NCBI GenBank assembly: GCA_045589295.1
Contig: JAZNOU010000005.1
Location: 1-64,000 of the forward strand
Source: Clostridia bacterium
GTDB lineage: Bacteria; Bacillota; Clostridia; RGIG6154
DNA length: 64,000 nucleotides
Reading direction: 5' to 3'
The notes under the pieces are model-generated. The model was not told the origin of the DNA and searched no databases. It saw only the letters and a list, made by a program, of their open reading frames with translations. This document shows, piece after piece, positions 1 to 9,454 of the stretch. Every line of letters starts with the position of its first letter. Positions within the stretch are counted from its first letter, which is position 1. The position numbers were made by a program, and so were the translations under genes.

Positions 1-135
1 TTTTCATAGATAAATCCTCCAATGTGTTTTTATTTTCGACTGGCAGGTCGCATTTATTATAACACATTGGAGGATTTTTGTTCATCGGTTAACCTTTTTA
101 GAACCACGCGACTATCGCGTGGTTTTCGTTATACA
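1..135 (-). mobile_element. probable left end/5' leader of an IS200/IS605-family (Y1 transposase) element; gene start ATG at 7 runs out of the window
   Basis: Hairpin AACCACGCGA-cta-TCGCGTGGTT (102-124). A 17-bp inverted repeat (12-28/61-77) sequesters the GGAGG SD of an ATG at 7. This architecture matches IS200-type tnpA leaders, but the transposase itself is outside the window. Confidence 0.5.
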
Positions 136-137
136 AA

Positions 138-167
138 AAAACTACAGAGAAAAATCTCTGTAGTTTT
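138..167. terminator. intrinsic terminator downstream of aspS
   Basis: AAAACTACAGAGA-aaaa-TCTCTGTAGTTTT hairpin with A/T tails. Confidence 0.75.
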
Positions 168-181
168 ATTTTTTTATAGTA

Positions 182-1516
182 TTACGGATGAAGTCTGTTA
201 GGTCCTCTGAAGATAAACATACAATCTTTGATGTGAAGTCCCAATAAAAGCATTGTTATTCTGTCAATACCAATACCGAAACCACCATGTGGAGGACAGC
301 CGTATTTAAAGAATTCAAGATAGAATTTAACATCTTCTGCCAAACCTTTTTCGATGGCCTGAGCTTTTAATACATCATAACGATGTTCACGCTGAGCACC
401 TGTTGTGATTTCAACGCCTCTCCAGATAAGGTCATAACCCATTGGAACGCCCTTTTCATCTCTCATATGATAAAAAGCTCTCTTTTCAGCATCAAAATCT
501 GTTACGAACAAGAATTCGTGATCGTAATGCTTTTTAACCCATTCATAGCTTAATTTTTCAGCTTCTGTTGTAAGGTCGCCTTTTTCAGATTCGTCTACTG
601 TGTAACCAAAATCTTCTTCTAAACCTTTGTAAAGCTCAGCAAGTGTTACAACAGGGAATGGTGTTTTAGGAACGATTGTTTCCATACCAAAAAGTTCTTT
701 GATTTCATCGCCATAAAGGTCTGAAACTTTTTTAAGCGCATAAGCCAAAAGTTCTTCTTCCATCTTCATAACATCTTTGTATGATTCAATATAACTGAAC
801 TCAAGGTCAAATCCTGTAAATTCTGTTGCATGTTTGCTTGTAAATGATTTTTCAGCACGGAAAACAGGTCCTACTTCAAAAATTCTTTCAAAGCCACTCG
901 CCATTGCCATCTGTTTGTAAAATTGTGGACTCTGTGCTAAATAAGCATTAGTATCAAAATACTTAACTTCAAATACATCAGATCCACTTTCACTTGCAGT
1001 ACCGATAAGTTTTGGTGAGTGAATTTCGATAAATTTCTGATCGAGTAAAAATTCGCGCATTGCTGCAACAAATGCAGTCTGAACTTTAAACATAAGCTGA
1101 TTTTCATCAGTTCTCAAATCAATCCATCTGTAGTCAATTCTCTGGTCAATGCTTGAGCGTTCTACTGCCTGTTTTTTCTTTGTTGCAGGAATTTCTTTTC
1201 TTGCAATAGGAAGAGCATCTGCGATTGAATCTGCAATGATTGATTCAGGAATGATTTCAATACCACCCATTTTTACATATTCGTTTTCAACTGCAGTACC
1301 AATAACTGTGATAACTGAATCGCCTGTTAAAGCATCAATTGTATCACAAAGTTCAGGTAATTTTTCTTTTTCAACAGTTACCTGAATTTTACCTGTAATA
1401 TCTTTCAAAACAATAAATGCCATATATTTACTGTTTCTTAAATTTTCAATAAAACCCTGAACTTTAATTTGTTTGCCAAGATTTTCTTTGACTTCGTTTA
1501 TATATGTTCTGTTCAT
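182..1516 (-). CDS. aspS: aspartate--tRNA ligase, short archaeal-type (no GAD insertion domain)
   Basis: 444 aa; N-terminal OB fold, AYLAQSPQFYKQ, motif 2 FRAEKS, GAQREH, motif 3 PPHGGFGIGIDR. Confidence 0.9.
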   Translation of the reverse strand: MNRTYINEVKENLGKQIKVQGFIENLRNSKYMAFIVLKDITGKIQVTVEKEKLPELCDTIDALTGDSVITVIGTAVENEYVKMGGIEIIPESIIADSIADALPIARKEIPATKKKQAVERSSIDQRIDYRWIDLRTDENQLMFKVQTAFVAAMREFLLDQKFIEIHSPKLIGTASESGSDVFEVKYFDTNAYLAQSPQFYKQMAMASGFERIFEVGPVFRAEKSFTSKHATEFTGFDLEFSYIESYKDVMKMEEELLAYALKKVSDLYGDEIKELFGMETIVPKTPFPVVTLAELYKGLEEDFGYTVDESEKGDLTTEAEKLSYEWVKKHYDHEFLFVTDFDAEKRAFYHMRDEKGVPMGYDLIWRGVEITTGAQREHRYDVLKAQAIEKGLAEDVKFYLEFFKYGCPPHGGFGIGIDRITMLLLGLHIKDCMFIFRGPNRLHP

Positions 1517-1552
1517 AATAATACCCTCCGGATATATTTATCTTATTAAATT

Positions 1553-1581
1553 ATGATAACATATTTTAGTGCAAAAATCAA
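1553..1581 (-). promoter_or_regulatory. sigma-A promoter candidate for aspS
   Basis: TTGATT-17-TATCAT on the minus strand. Confidence 0.45.
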
Positions 1582-1594
1582 TAGAATTTATGCC

Positions 1595-1637
1595 AAAAAA
1601 ACTACTGTTAAACATTATTTTTAACAGTAGTTTTTTT
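1595..1637 (-). terminator. terminator after pheT
   Basis: AAAAAAACTACTGTTAA...TTAACAGTAGTTTTTTT inverted repeat. Confidence 0.7.
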
Positions 1638-1641
1638 AATA

Positions 1642-4002
1642 TTATTTTTTAAGCATAATTCCTTTATTTTCAAGGTCGTTTGTAATTGCATCAACGACAT
1701 CCATTACCTCTTCTTTTGTAAGAGTTCTTTCAGGATGACAAAATTCAATTCTTACGGTTATTGATTTACCTGTTTCGTCGGCATAAATATCTGCAACAGA
1801 CAAACCTTTAATAAGCGAACAATTTGCATTATCAACTGCATTTTTGATAGGTTCAAATTTATCGCAAACAAAAGTAATATCAATATCAATTCCAGGAAAT
1901 TTTGAAGGTTCTTCGTATTTGATGCTTAAGTTTTTGCTTTGAGCAAATTTTGTTACATCAATTTCAGCAAATACGATGTTTGCCTTCTTGTCAATTTTTT
2001 TAGCAATCACAGGATTAACAATACCAATTTCACCAATTTCTTCGCCATTTAAGATAACAGCATTAAGGTTTTTAGGATGTTCATACGAATGTGTTTGTTC
2101 TTTCGCCTTAAATGTAAGTGTTTCGTGCTTGATATCATCTGCAACAACCGCTAAAATGTCACGAAGTTTGAAATAAACTTCTTCCATAGTTTTAGTTTTT
2201 GAAAACAGTGTTATAGCCAGCTTTTTCTGTTCGTTGCAAAGATTATTTTCTGTCATTCCCTCAACTACTCTGCCAATTTCGAAAACTCCGAAATCGGGTG
2301 CAAAAGATGTGTTTACTTTCACCTGACAAAGCTGCGTTGGAATAATAGATTTTCTTATTGTTTCAATATTTGGGTTTGTTGCATTTACAAGCTTGATATT
2401 GTCTTCAATTTCTATACCGAGCGCTTTATATTCATCATAATATGCCCAAACATAAGAATGAAGCTCGTGGAGTGAATAACGCTTAACCAAAAGGTCTTTT
2501 ATGCTGTCTTCCACTGATTTTCCCTCAATTTCACGAACAGGGTAAAGCGGAGCTAAAGCAGTGTTAATATCAAAATTATCATAACCATAAATTCTTGTAA
2601 TTTCTTCAATAATATCTGCTTTAATTGTAACGTCCTTTGTTGCTCTCCAGCTTGGCACAGAAACAGAGAAATTATCACCGTCAAGCTTAACAACAAAACC
2701 AAGTGCAGTTAATGTCTTAACAATAGTTTCATTGTCAATTTCAATACCTGTATAACGATTAACGAATTTTTTATCAAAATCAATATCTATTTTGTCATAC
2801 TTAAACGCATATTCATCTGTAAGCGACGATACAACCTTTGCCCCATTATCAATATCTGACAAAAGTTTAACAAATCTTGCAATTGCAAGCACAGTAAGTT
2901 CAGGGTCTAAGCATTTCTCATATCTCATAGATGCATCTGTTCTGTGAGCAAGTCTTACAGTAGATTTTCTTATAGAAACCGCATCAAAAGTAGCAGACTC
3001 TAAAGTAAGTGTTGTAGTATCATCAACAATTTCAGATTCAAGTCCGCCCATAATACCTGCTATTGCAACAGGAGTGTCACCATTGCAAATCATCAAGGTG
3101 TTTTCATCAATATCGCGGGTTATTCCATCCAAAGTTTCAAACTTAAATGGTTTTTCAAAACGCTTAATTCTTATTTTTTCAACTTTTCTTGAGTCAAATG
3201 CATGCATTGGCTGACCAAGTTCAAGCATTAAATAGTTTGTAAGGTCGGCTAAGAAATTAAGTGATCTCATTCCACAATAGAAAAGTCTGATTCTCATATC
3301 AACAGGACTTGTATGAACACTTATATTTTCAAAAGAAAGACAAGAATATCTCTGACAAAGTTTGTCTTCAATCTTCATATCTAACTTTGGAAGATTATTA
3401 AATTTGGATAAATCTGCAACTTCTACATCTTTAAGCGGTCTGCCTGCTAAAGCCGCAAATTCACGGGCAACTCCATAGTGGCTCCAAAGGTCCGGACGAT
3501 TTGTAAGTGATTTGTTGTCAACTTCAAAAATTATATCCTCAATCTGATAAGCTTTTTTAAGTTCAGTTCCGCATGGCAAATTATCGGTTATTTCCATAAT
3601 GCCATCATTGTTATCACTTATGCCTATTTCCTTTTCAGAGCAGCACATTCCGCAAGATGTATAGCCTGCAAGTTTTCTGGGTGTAATTTCAATTTCACCA
3701 ATCTTCGCACCAAGTTTTGCAAAAGCAGTTTTCATTCCCACTCTTACATTTGGTGCTCCACAAACAACATCAACAAGTTCGTCTTCGCCGGCATCAACTT
3801 TAAGAAGATGAAGCTTTTTAGACTCAGGATGGTATTCTACTGATTTAATTTCTGCAACAACAATTCCTTCAATGTCGCTGCCTTTAAAAAATATTTCATT
3901 TTCTACTTCTGCTGTAGAAAGCGAAAATTTATTAATAAGTGCGATTTTATCAAGACCTGAAAGGTCAACAAAATCAGAAATCCAATTCATTGATAATAAC
4001 AT
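1642..4002 (-). CDS. pheT: phenylalanine--tRNA ligase beta subunit
   Basis: 786 aa; VVCGAPN, NRPDL, GQPMHAFD, DIIEEITRIYGY motifs; follows pheS. Confidence 0.95.
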   Translation of the reverse strand: MLLSMNWISDFVDLSGLDKIALINKFSLSTAEVENEIFFKGSDIEGIVVAEIKSVEYHPESKKLHLLKVDAGEDELVDVVCGAPNVRVGMKTAFAKLGAKIGEIEITPRKLAGYTSCGMCCSEKEIGISDNNDGIMEITDNLPCGTELKKAYQIEDIIFEVDNKSLTNRPDLWSHYGVAREFAALAGRPLKDVEVADLSKFNNLPKLDMKIEDKLCQRYSCLSFENISVHTSPVDMRIRLFYCGMRSLNFLADLTNYLMLELGQPMHAFDSRKVEKIRIKRFEKPFKFETLDGITRDIDENTLMICNGDTPVAIAGIMGGLESEIVDDTTTLTLESATFDAVSIRKSTVRLAHRTDASMRYEKCLDPELTVLAIARFVKLLSDIDNGAKVVSSLTDEYAFKYDKIDIDFDKKFVNRYTGIEIDNETIVKTLTALGFVVKLDGDNFSVSVPSWRATKDVTIKADIIEEITRIYGYDNFDINTALAPLYPVREIEGKSVEDSIKDLLVKRYSLHELHSYVWAYYDEYKALGIEIEDNIKLVNATNPNIETIRKSIIPTQLCQVKVNTSFAPDFGVFEIGRVVEGMTENNLCNEQKKLAITLFSKTKTMEEVYFKLRDILAVVADDIKHETLTFKAKEQTHSYEHPKNLNAVILNGEEIGEIGIVNPVIAKKIDKKANIVFAEIDVTKFAQSKNLSIKYEEPSKFPGIDIDITFVCDKFEPIKNAVDNANCSLIKGLSVADIYADETGKSITVRIEFCHPERTLTKEEVMDVVDAITNDLENKGIMLKK

Positions 4003-4020
4003 TTAAGCCTCTCTCCTTTC

Positions 4021-5073
4021 TTATTTATCTTCGGTAAACTGAGCCAGACTTTTAAGACTGCCGCTGTTTAAATCACGAATATCTTTAACACCATATTTCA
4101 TCATAACAAGTCTTGTGAGACCAAGTCCAAATGCAAAACCAGTGTACTCTTCCGGGTCAATTCCGCCTGCTTTTAAAACTTCGGGGTGAATCATTCCACA
4201 TGGGCAAAGCTCAAGCCAACCACTGTGTTTGCACGAAGGACAACCTTCACCACCGCAAATAAGGCAGTTAATATCAAGCTCAAATCCCGGTTCTACGAAT
4301 GGGAAAAAGCCTGGTCTTAATCTTACTTTAATATCTCTTTGAAAAACTTCTGAAAGCATTGTTTTCATAAAGAAAATAAGATTTGAAATAGAAATATCTT
4401 TGTCAACCATAATACCTTCCATCTGGAAGAAAGTATTTTCGTGGTTAGCGTCAGTCGCTTCGTTTCTAAAACATCTGCCAGGGAAAATTGCCTTAATTGG
4501 TTTTCCCTCGTTAATCAAGGCATCTTTATATTTTTTATAGATTGCATTTTGAGCAGCTGAAGTATGTGATTTTAAAAGCTGACCGTTTTCAAGGTAATAC
4601 GTATCCTGCATATCACGAGCCGGATGATGTTTTGGAATATTAAGTGCTTCAAAACATTCATAGTCACTTACAATCTCGCTGTAATCTTCAATAGCAAAAC
4701 CCATTGATTTAAAAATCTTTTCACACTGACGCTGAGCAAGTGTTACAGGATGATATGAGCCTCTTTTTAAATCTGCTGTTATTGAAATATCAAACTCAGG
4801 CATTGAATTAAACTCTTTTTCAAGTTCCTTCTGCTTAAGCAATTCTGCTTTTTCAGCAATTTTTTCCGTAACTTCATTTTTGAGTTCGTTAACCTTTTGA
4901 CCAAAAATTTTTCTTTCTTCATTTGAAAGATTTTTCATTTCTTTTAAGAGTTCAGTAACACTGCCCTTTTTACCTAAATACGCAATTCTGATATTTTCGA
5001 GTTCTTCCATAGAATTTGCATTTTCAAGGGATAATAAAAACTCTTGTTTTAACTCTAAAGTTTTTTCTGACAT
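4021..5073 (-). CDS. pheS: phenylalanine--tRNA ligase alpha subunit
   Basis: HPARDMQDT, FFPFVEPG, GFAFGLGL motifs; start moved to ATG 5073, which has SD AGAAAGGA. Confidence 0.96.
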   Translation of the reverse strand: MSEKTLELKQEFLLSLENANSMEELENIRIAYLGKKGSVTELLKEMKNLSNEERKIFGQKVNELKNEVTEKIAEKAELLKQKELEKEFNSMPEFDISITADLKRGSYHPVTLAQRQCEKIFKSMGFAIEDYSEIVSDYECFEALNIPKHHPARDMQDTYYLENGQLLKSHTSAAQNAIYKKYKDALINEGKPIKAIFPGRCFRNEATDANHENTFFQMEGIMVDKDISISNLIFFMKTMLSEVFQRDIKVRLRPGFFPFVEPGFELDINCLICGGEGCPSCKHSGWLELCPCGMIHPEVLKAGGIDPEEYTGFAFGLGLTRLVMMKYGVKDIRDLNSGSLKSLAQFTEDK

Positions 5074-5092
5074 ATTCTCTTTCCTTTCTAAC

Positions 5093-5335
5093 AAAAAATG
5101 CCCGTCCCAAAAGGGACGAGCATATTACCCGCGGTACCACCCAAATTCAGAAAATAATTTTCTGCACTTTATTGCCTGTTGTGTGTGGCAAAACACCCTG
5201 CTTATACTAAAAGCTTTCGCAGGAAGCTCCAATGCTGAAATTCACAATCTATCCTTTGCAACAGACACTCTCAGCCTATGATGTCTGCTCTCTTTTGCAG
5301 TAACAGATGCTACTTACACATCTTCACAGCCTTTA
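5093..5335 (-). promoter_or_regulatory. T-box riboswitch (Phe, specifier UUC) with terminator
   Basis: Minus strand carries AGTA, AGAGA and GCTGAG stem-I motifs; GAA-T-TTC-A specifier (5237-5239); T-box AATTTGGGTGGTACCGCG (5130-5147); terminator TGCTCGTCCC-TTTT-GGGACGGGCA-TTTTTT. Confidence 0.93.
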
Positions 5336-5338
5336 AAT

Positions 5339-5367
5339 ATAATAACATATTAACACTTTTATGTCAA
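5339..5367 (-). promoter_or_regulatory. sigma-A promoter of the pheST leader
   Basis: TTGACA-17-TATTAT with extended TG. Confidence 0.7.
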
Positions 5368-5371
5368 GCGT

Positions 5372-5977
5372 TTAGTTGTTAATCTCATCAATTAAATGCA
5401 CTTTTAATTTAGCAAACGCCTTTGCCCTATGGCTGATTTTATTTTTTTCCTCTAAAGGCATTTCTGAAAAGGTCTGCCCTTTTTCTTCAATGTAAAAAAC
5501 AGGGTCATATCCAAAACCGCCGGATCCTCGTTTTTCTTTTATGATAGTTCCCTCACACTCTCCTCTTAATGTGAGTTTCTTGCCATTAGGGTAAACGATT
5601 GCGGCAACAGAAACAAACCTTGCACCACGCTCACTATCAGGCACATTTTCCATTTCACTTAACAGTTTTTCACATAGCATATCGCTTGTTGCACCCTCAC
5701 CCGCGTAACGTGCCGAGTAAATGCCAGGTCTTAAATCAAGTGCATAAACCTCAAGTCCTGAATCATCAGAAACAGTTATCATTCCTGAAATTTTTGAAAT
5801 TTCTTCCGCTTTTTTCAGTGCGTTTTCCTCAAAAGTTTTTTTATCTTCCTCTACATCGATATCAATCCCCTTATCTTTAAGTGAATAAACATCAATTCCA
5901 AGGTCAGACAATATAGATTTCATTTCTTTTACCTTGCCCTGATTGTTAGTAGCAAGAAGAATTTCTTTAATTTCCAT
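5372..5977 (-). CDS. rdgB: XTP/dITP diphosphatase (HAM1 family)
   Basis: LATNNQGK, DDSGL, GFGYDPVF, KNKISHR motifs. Confidence 0.95.
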   Translation of the reverse strand: MEIKEILLATNNQGKVKEMKSILSDLGIDVYSLKDKGIDIDVEEDKKTFEENALKKAEEISKISGMITVSDDSGLEVYALDLRPGIYSARYAGEGATSDMLCEKLLSEMENVPDSERGARFVSVAAIVYPNGKKLTLRGECEGTIIKEKRGSGGFGYDPVFYIEEKGQTFSEMPLEEKNKISHRAKAFAKLKVHLIDEINN

Positions 5978-5988
5978 ACTTCCTCCAA

Positions 5989-7170
5989 TTATAAAATTTC
6001 GCGTCCGCCATTACCAATATCGCTTACATAAAATGACGGTGAATATCCAATTTTTTCCGTATATTTTTTCCCTACAACTTCTTTAAATTTATCAACAAAT
6101 TCAGTTTTCACTATACTTACCGTACATCCGCCAAACCCTGCACCTGTCATTCTTGACCCAATGCAACCACTGATTTTTCTTGCCTCGTCTACTAAAGTAT
6201 CAAGTTCAACACCTGTGACTTCATATAAATCTCTTAAAGAATTGTGTGATTCATTCATCAGCTTTCCAAATGTTAAAATATCATTCTTCTTAAGTGCATC
6301 TACTGATTTTAAAACTCTGTCACATTCATATACAACATGTGTTGCTCTTTTAATTTTTATTTCATCACCAATTATGCTTTTATATTTTTCAAAAATATCT
6401 ACAGGAATAACACCTAAATATTCATAAGCTATAACAGATTTCAATTTTTCAAGTGCGGTTTCACACTCTAATCGTCTTTCGTTGTATTTGGAATCTGCAA
6501 GACTTCTTTTTTTATTTGTGTTTGCAATTACAATTTTGTATCCATCAATATTAAAGGGTACAAGTTGATAGCTCAAATCCTTGCAATCCAAGAAAATAAC
6601 ATGATTTTCTTTTCCCATTGCAGACGCAAACTGGTCCATTATCCCACAGTTTACTCCAACGTAATTATTTTCAGCTTTCTGTGCTATTTTTGCCATTTCA
6701 ATCATATCAACAGGTGATATAATTCCTTTTTTATCATTAGAGAGTGTTGCAAATGCTAAGGCGGTTGCAACTTCTATTGCAGCAGATGATGAAAGCCCGC
6801 CGCCATGTGGCAGAGTATCGTCATATAGCATATCACAACCGACCACTTCATATCCGGCTCTTTTAAGTTCAACCGCAACACCTACCTGATAGTTACCCCA
6901 AAACAAATTGTGATATTTTTCTGGGTTGCTAATGTCAACTTCTATCATTTCATCTAAATCCGTTGCCTTCATTCTTAGGACTTTATCATCACGCACACGA
7001 AGTGCAATGGTTGTTCCCATCGTAAGTGCGGCGGGAAATACAAACCCGCCATTATAGTCAGTGTGTTCACCGATTAAATTAACTCTCCCGGGCGATGAGA
7101 AGACTCTAATGTCTTTTTCTTCGCCGCCATATATTTTAACAAATTCTTCTACCAGCTGATTTTTTGTCAT
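5989..7170 (-). CDS. galK: galactokinase
   Basis: PGRVNLIGEHTDYN, GGLSSSA, CGIMDQF, RMTGAGFGGC. Confidence 0.93.
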   Translation of the reverse strand: MTKNQLVEEFVKIYGGEEKDIRVFSSPGRVNLIGEHTDYNGGFVFPAALTMGTTIALRVRDDKVLRMKATDLDEMIEVDISNPEKYHNLFWGNYQVGVAVELKRAGYEVVGCDMLYDDTLPHGGGLSSSAAIEVATALAFATLSNDKKGIISPVDMIEMAKIAQKAENNYVGVNCGIMDQFASAMGKENHVIFLDCKDLSYQLVPFNIDGYKIVIANTNKKRSLADSKYNERRLECETALEKLKSVIAYEYLGVIPVDIFEKYKSIIGDEIKIKRATHVVYECDRVLKSVDALKKNDILTFGKLMNESHNSLRDLYEVTGVELDTLVDEARKISGCIGSRMTGAGFGGCTVSIVKTEFVDKFKEVVGKKYTEKIGYSPSFYVSDIGNGGREIL

Positions 7171-7182
7171 GAAAAATTCTCC

Positions 7183-9420
7183 TTATTTTGCTGTAAAAAC
7201 AAAATCATCCGTATAGTCAATTTCCAAAATATTGCCGAATTTAACCTCATCACTTATTACTTTTTCTGCAATTGTATTTCCAATTTTTCTGTTTATTATT
7301 CGTCTTAATTCCCTTGCGCCATATTTTTCGCTGTAACCGATTTTTGCAAGTTGTTTTACAGCCTCATCTTTAACAGAAAGTGTAATTCCTTTTTCCAAAA
7401 GGGAATTTTCAATTTCAGACAAAATAATCCTACATATTTTTTCAAAGTCTTCTTCACATAATCTCTTGAAAACAATTGTTTCATCGAGTCTGTTTAAAAG
7501 TTCGGGCTTGAAAATTTGTTTAAGCTTTGTCATTGCAGTTTCTTCTTCCGCTTCGCTAGCACCAAATCCCAAAGCCTCTGTTCCAAAACCGATACCTGCA
7601 TTTGAAGTTAAAATTATTATTGTATTTTCAAAACTTACTACTCTGCCCTGGGCATCAGTAAGGCGACCTTCATCTAAAATCTGAAGCAGAATATTATAAA
7701 CACCAGGATGTGCTTTTTCGATTTCATCAAAAAGCACAACACTATATGGATGTCTTCTAACCTTTTCGGTAAGCTGACCTGCTTCTTCATAACCAACATA
7801 TCCCGGAGGTGAGCCTATCATTTTAGACACACTGTGCTGTTCTTGATACTCTGTCATATCAAGTCTGATAAGGTCATCAACAGAACCAAACATTTCTTCT
7901 GTCAAAACCTTAACAAGCTCAGTTTTACCAACACCAGTAGGTCCAACAAAAATAAATGACGCAGGACGGAGTCTTCCGTCAACACCTGCTCTTTTTCTTC
8001 TGATAGCTTTTGCTAAAACACCTATAGCCTCATCCTGCCCGATAACTTTTTTCTTTAAGTTATCTTCTAAATTCATCAGCTTTCCGCTTTCGATTTCAGT
8101 AATTTTTTGAACAGGAACATTTGTCCACATTTCAATGACCCTTGCGATATCCTCAGATGTCAGCACTGCACTTTCACATTCTTTTTCTAAAGTTTCAATT
8201 TCTTCTTTCAACTTACATTCGCGGCTTTTTAAATCTGCAGCTTTCTGATATGCTTCTATTGAGTCTGAAGATGCTGCATCTTCTTTCTGTACCTCAACTT
8301 CTTTGAGTTCTTTTCTTAAAACAATAAGCTTTGTAAGTGCCTCATTTTCAAGATTTGCCTTGGAGCCTGCTTCATCAATAACATCAATAGCTTTATCAGG
8401 CAAAAATCTACCCTGTATAAACCTTTTTGATAAAACAACAGCCTGACGTATAATATCATCTGTAACAATGATTTTATGATGATTTTCGTAGTAGTCTTTA
8501 ATACCCTTAATTATATCAATTGTTTCCTCAACGCTCGGCTCATCAACCATTACAGGTTGAAATCTTCTTTCTAAGGCAGCATCTTTTTCGATATACTTTC
8601 TATACTCTGACAAAGTTGTTGCACCTATTACCTGAATTTCTCCACGCGCTAAAGACGGCTTTAAAATATTTGCAGCACTTAAAGCTCCGTCATTTGCAGA
8701 CCCGCTTCCTACAATATTGTGAATTTCATCAATTACTAAAATAACATTGCCCCTCTGCGCTACTTCAGAGATTATACTCTTAACTCTTGCTTCAAACTGA
8801 CCTCTAAACTGGGTCCCTGCAACAACTGAAGTAAAGTCCAAAAGATAAACCTCTTTATCCAATAGTTTTGCAGGAACATTTTTTTCTAAAATTCTAAGTG
8901 CCAGGCTCTCTGCAATGGCAGTTTTACCAACACCCGGTTCACCAATTAATGCAGGGTTGTTTTTTGTTCTTCTGTTCAATATCTGTATGACACGGTAAAG
9001 TTCTTTATCACGGCCAATTACTCTATCGATTTCTCCCTTTTTGGCACGATCATTTAAATTTATACCATAAGTATCCAAAAGGCTTTTCTTGCCCTGCTTA
9101 TTCTTATTTTTTTGTTTGTCAGATTGAGAATTGCCTTTGGGCATAGCATCACCCATCGGGAAAAAACCCATTGCGCCAAGTGGACCTAATTCATCCGGCA
9201 TCTCTCCGCCTTCAAACATATCCATCATACCTGCAATCTGTTCTTCTATATCCTCCATATTTTCTGCACTTAAGCCCATTTTCTGCATCATATCATCGAT
9301 AGGTGCAATTCCAAGTTCTTTTGCGCAACTAAGACAGTACCCCTCATCGTACTGTTTTCCATTTTCTATTTTTTTAACAAAGACTACTGCTCTGTTTTTC
9401 TTACATCTGCTGCAAAGCAT
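7183..9420 (-). CDS. clpC: ATP-dependent Clp protease ATP-binding subunit (ClpC/ClpE type with N-terminal zinc finger)
   Basis: Two AAA modules (GEPGVGKT, GPTGVGKT), N-terminal CxxC...CxxC, LGF loop; start moved to ATG 9420. Confidence 0.85.
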   Translation of the reverse strand: MLCSRCKKNRAVVFVKKIENGKQYDEGYCLSCAKELGIAPIDDMMQKMGLSAENMEDIEEQIAGMMDMFEGGEMPDELGPLGAMGFFPMGDAMPKGNSQSDKQKNKNKQGKKSLLDTYGINLNDRAKKGEIDRVIGRDKELYRVIQILNRRTKNNPALIGEPGVGKTAIAESLALRILEKNVPAKLLDKEVYLLDFTSVVAGTQFRGQFEARVKSIISEVAQRGNVILVIDEIHNIVGSGSANDGALSAANILKPSLARGEIQVIGATTLSEYRKYIEKDAALERRFQPVMVDEPSVEETIDIIKGIKDYYENHHKIIVTDDIIRQAVVLSKRFIQGRFLPDKAIDVIDEAGSKANLENEALTKLIVLRKELKEVEVQKEDAASSDSIEAYQKAADLKSRECKLKEEIETLEKECESAVLTSEDIARVIEMWTNVPVQKITEIESGKLMNLEDNLKKKVIGQDEAIGVLAKAIRRKRAGVDGRLRPASFIFVGPTGVGKTELVKVLTEEMFGSVDDLIRLDMTEYQEQHSVSKMIGSPPGYVGYEEAGQLTEKVRRHPYSVVLFDEIEKAHPGVYNILLQILDEGRLTDAQGRVVSFENTIIILTSNAGIGFGTEALGFGASEAEEETAMTKLKQIFKPELLNRLDETIVFKRLCEEDFEKICRIILSEIENSLLEKGITLSVKDEAVKQLAKIGYSEKYGARELRRIINRKIGNTIAEKVISDEVKFGNILEIDYTDDFVFTAK

Positions 9421-9454
9421 AATTTTGCCCTCACTTTTTAGTCTATTTATATTT

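Noticed and set aside
5016-5210. 64-aa plus-strand ORF
   Set aside because: Antisense to the T-box leader and the pheS start
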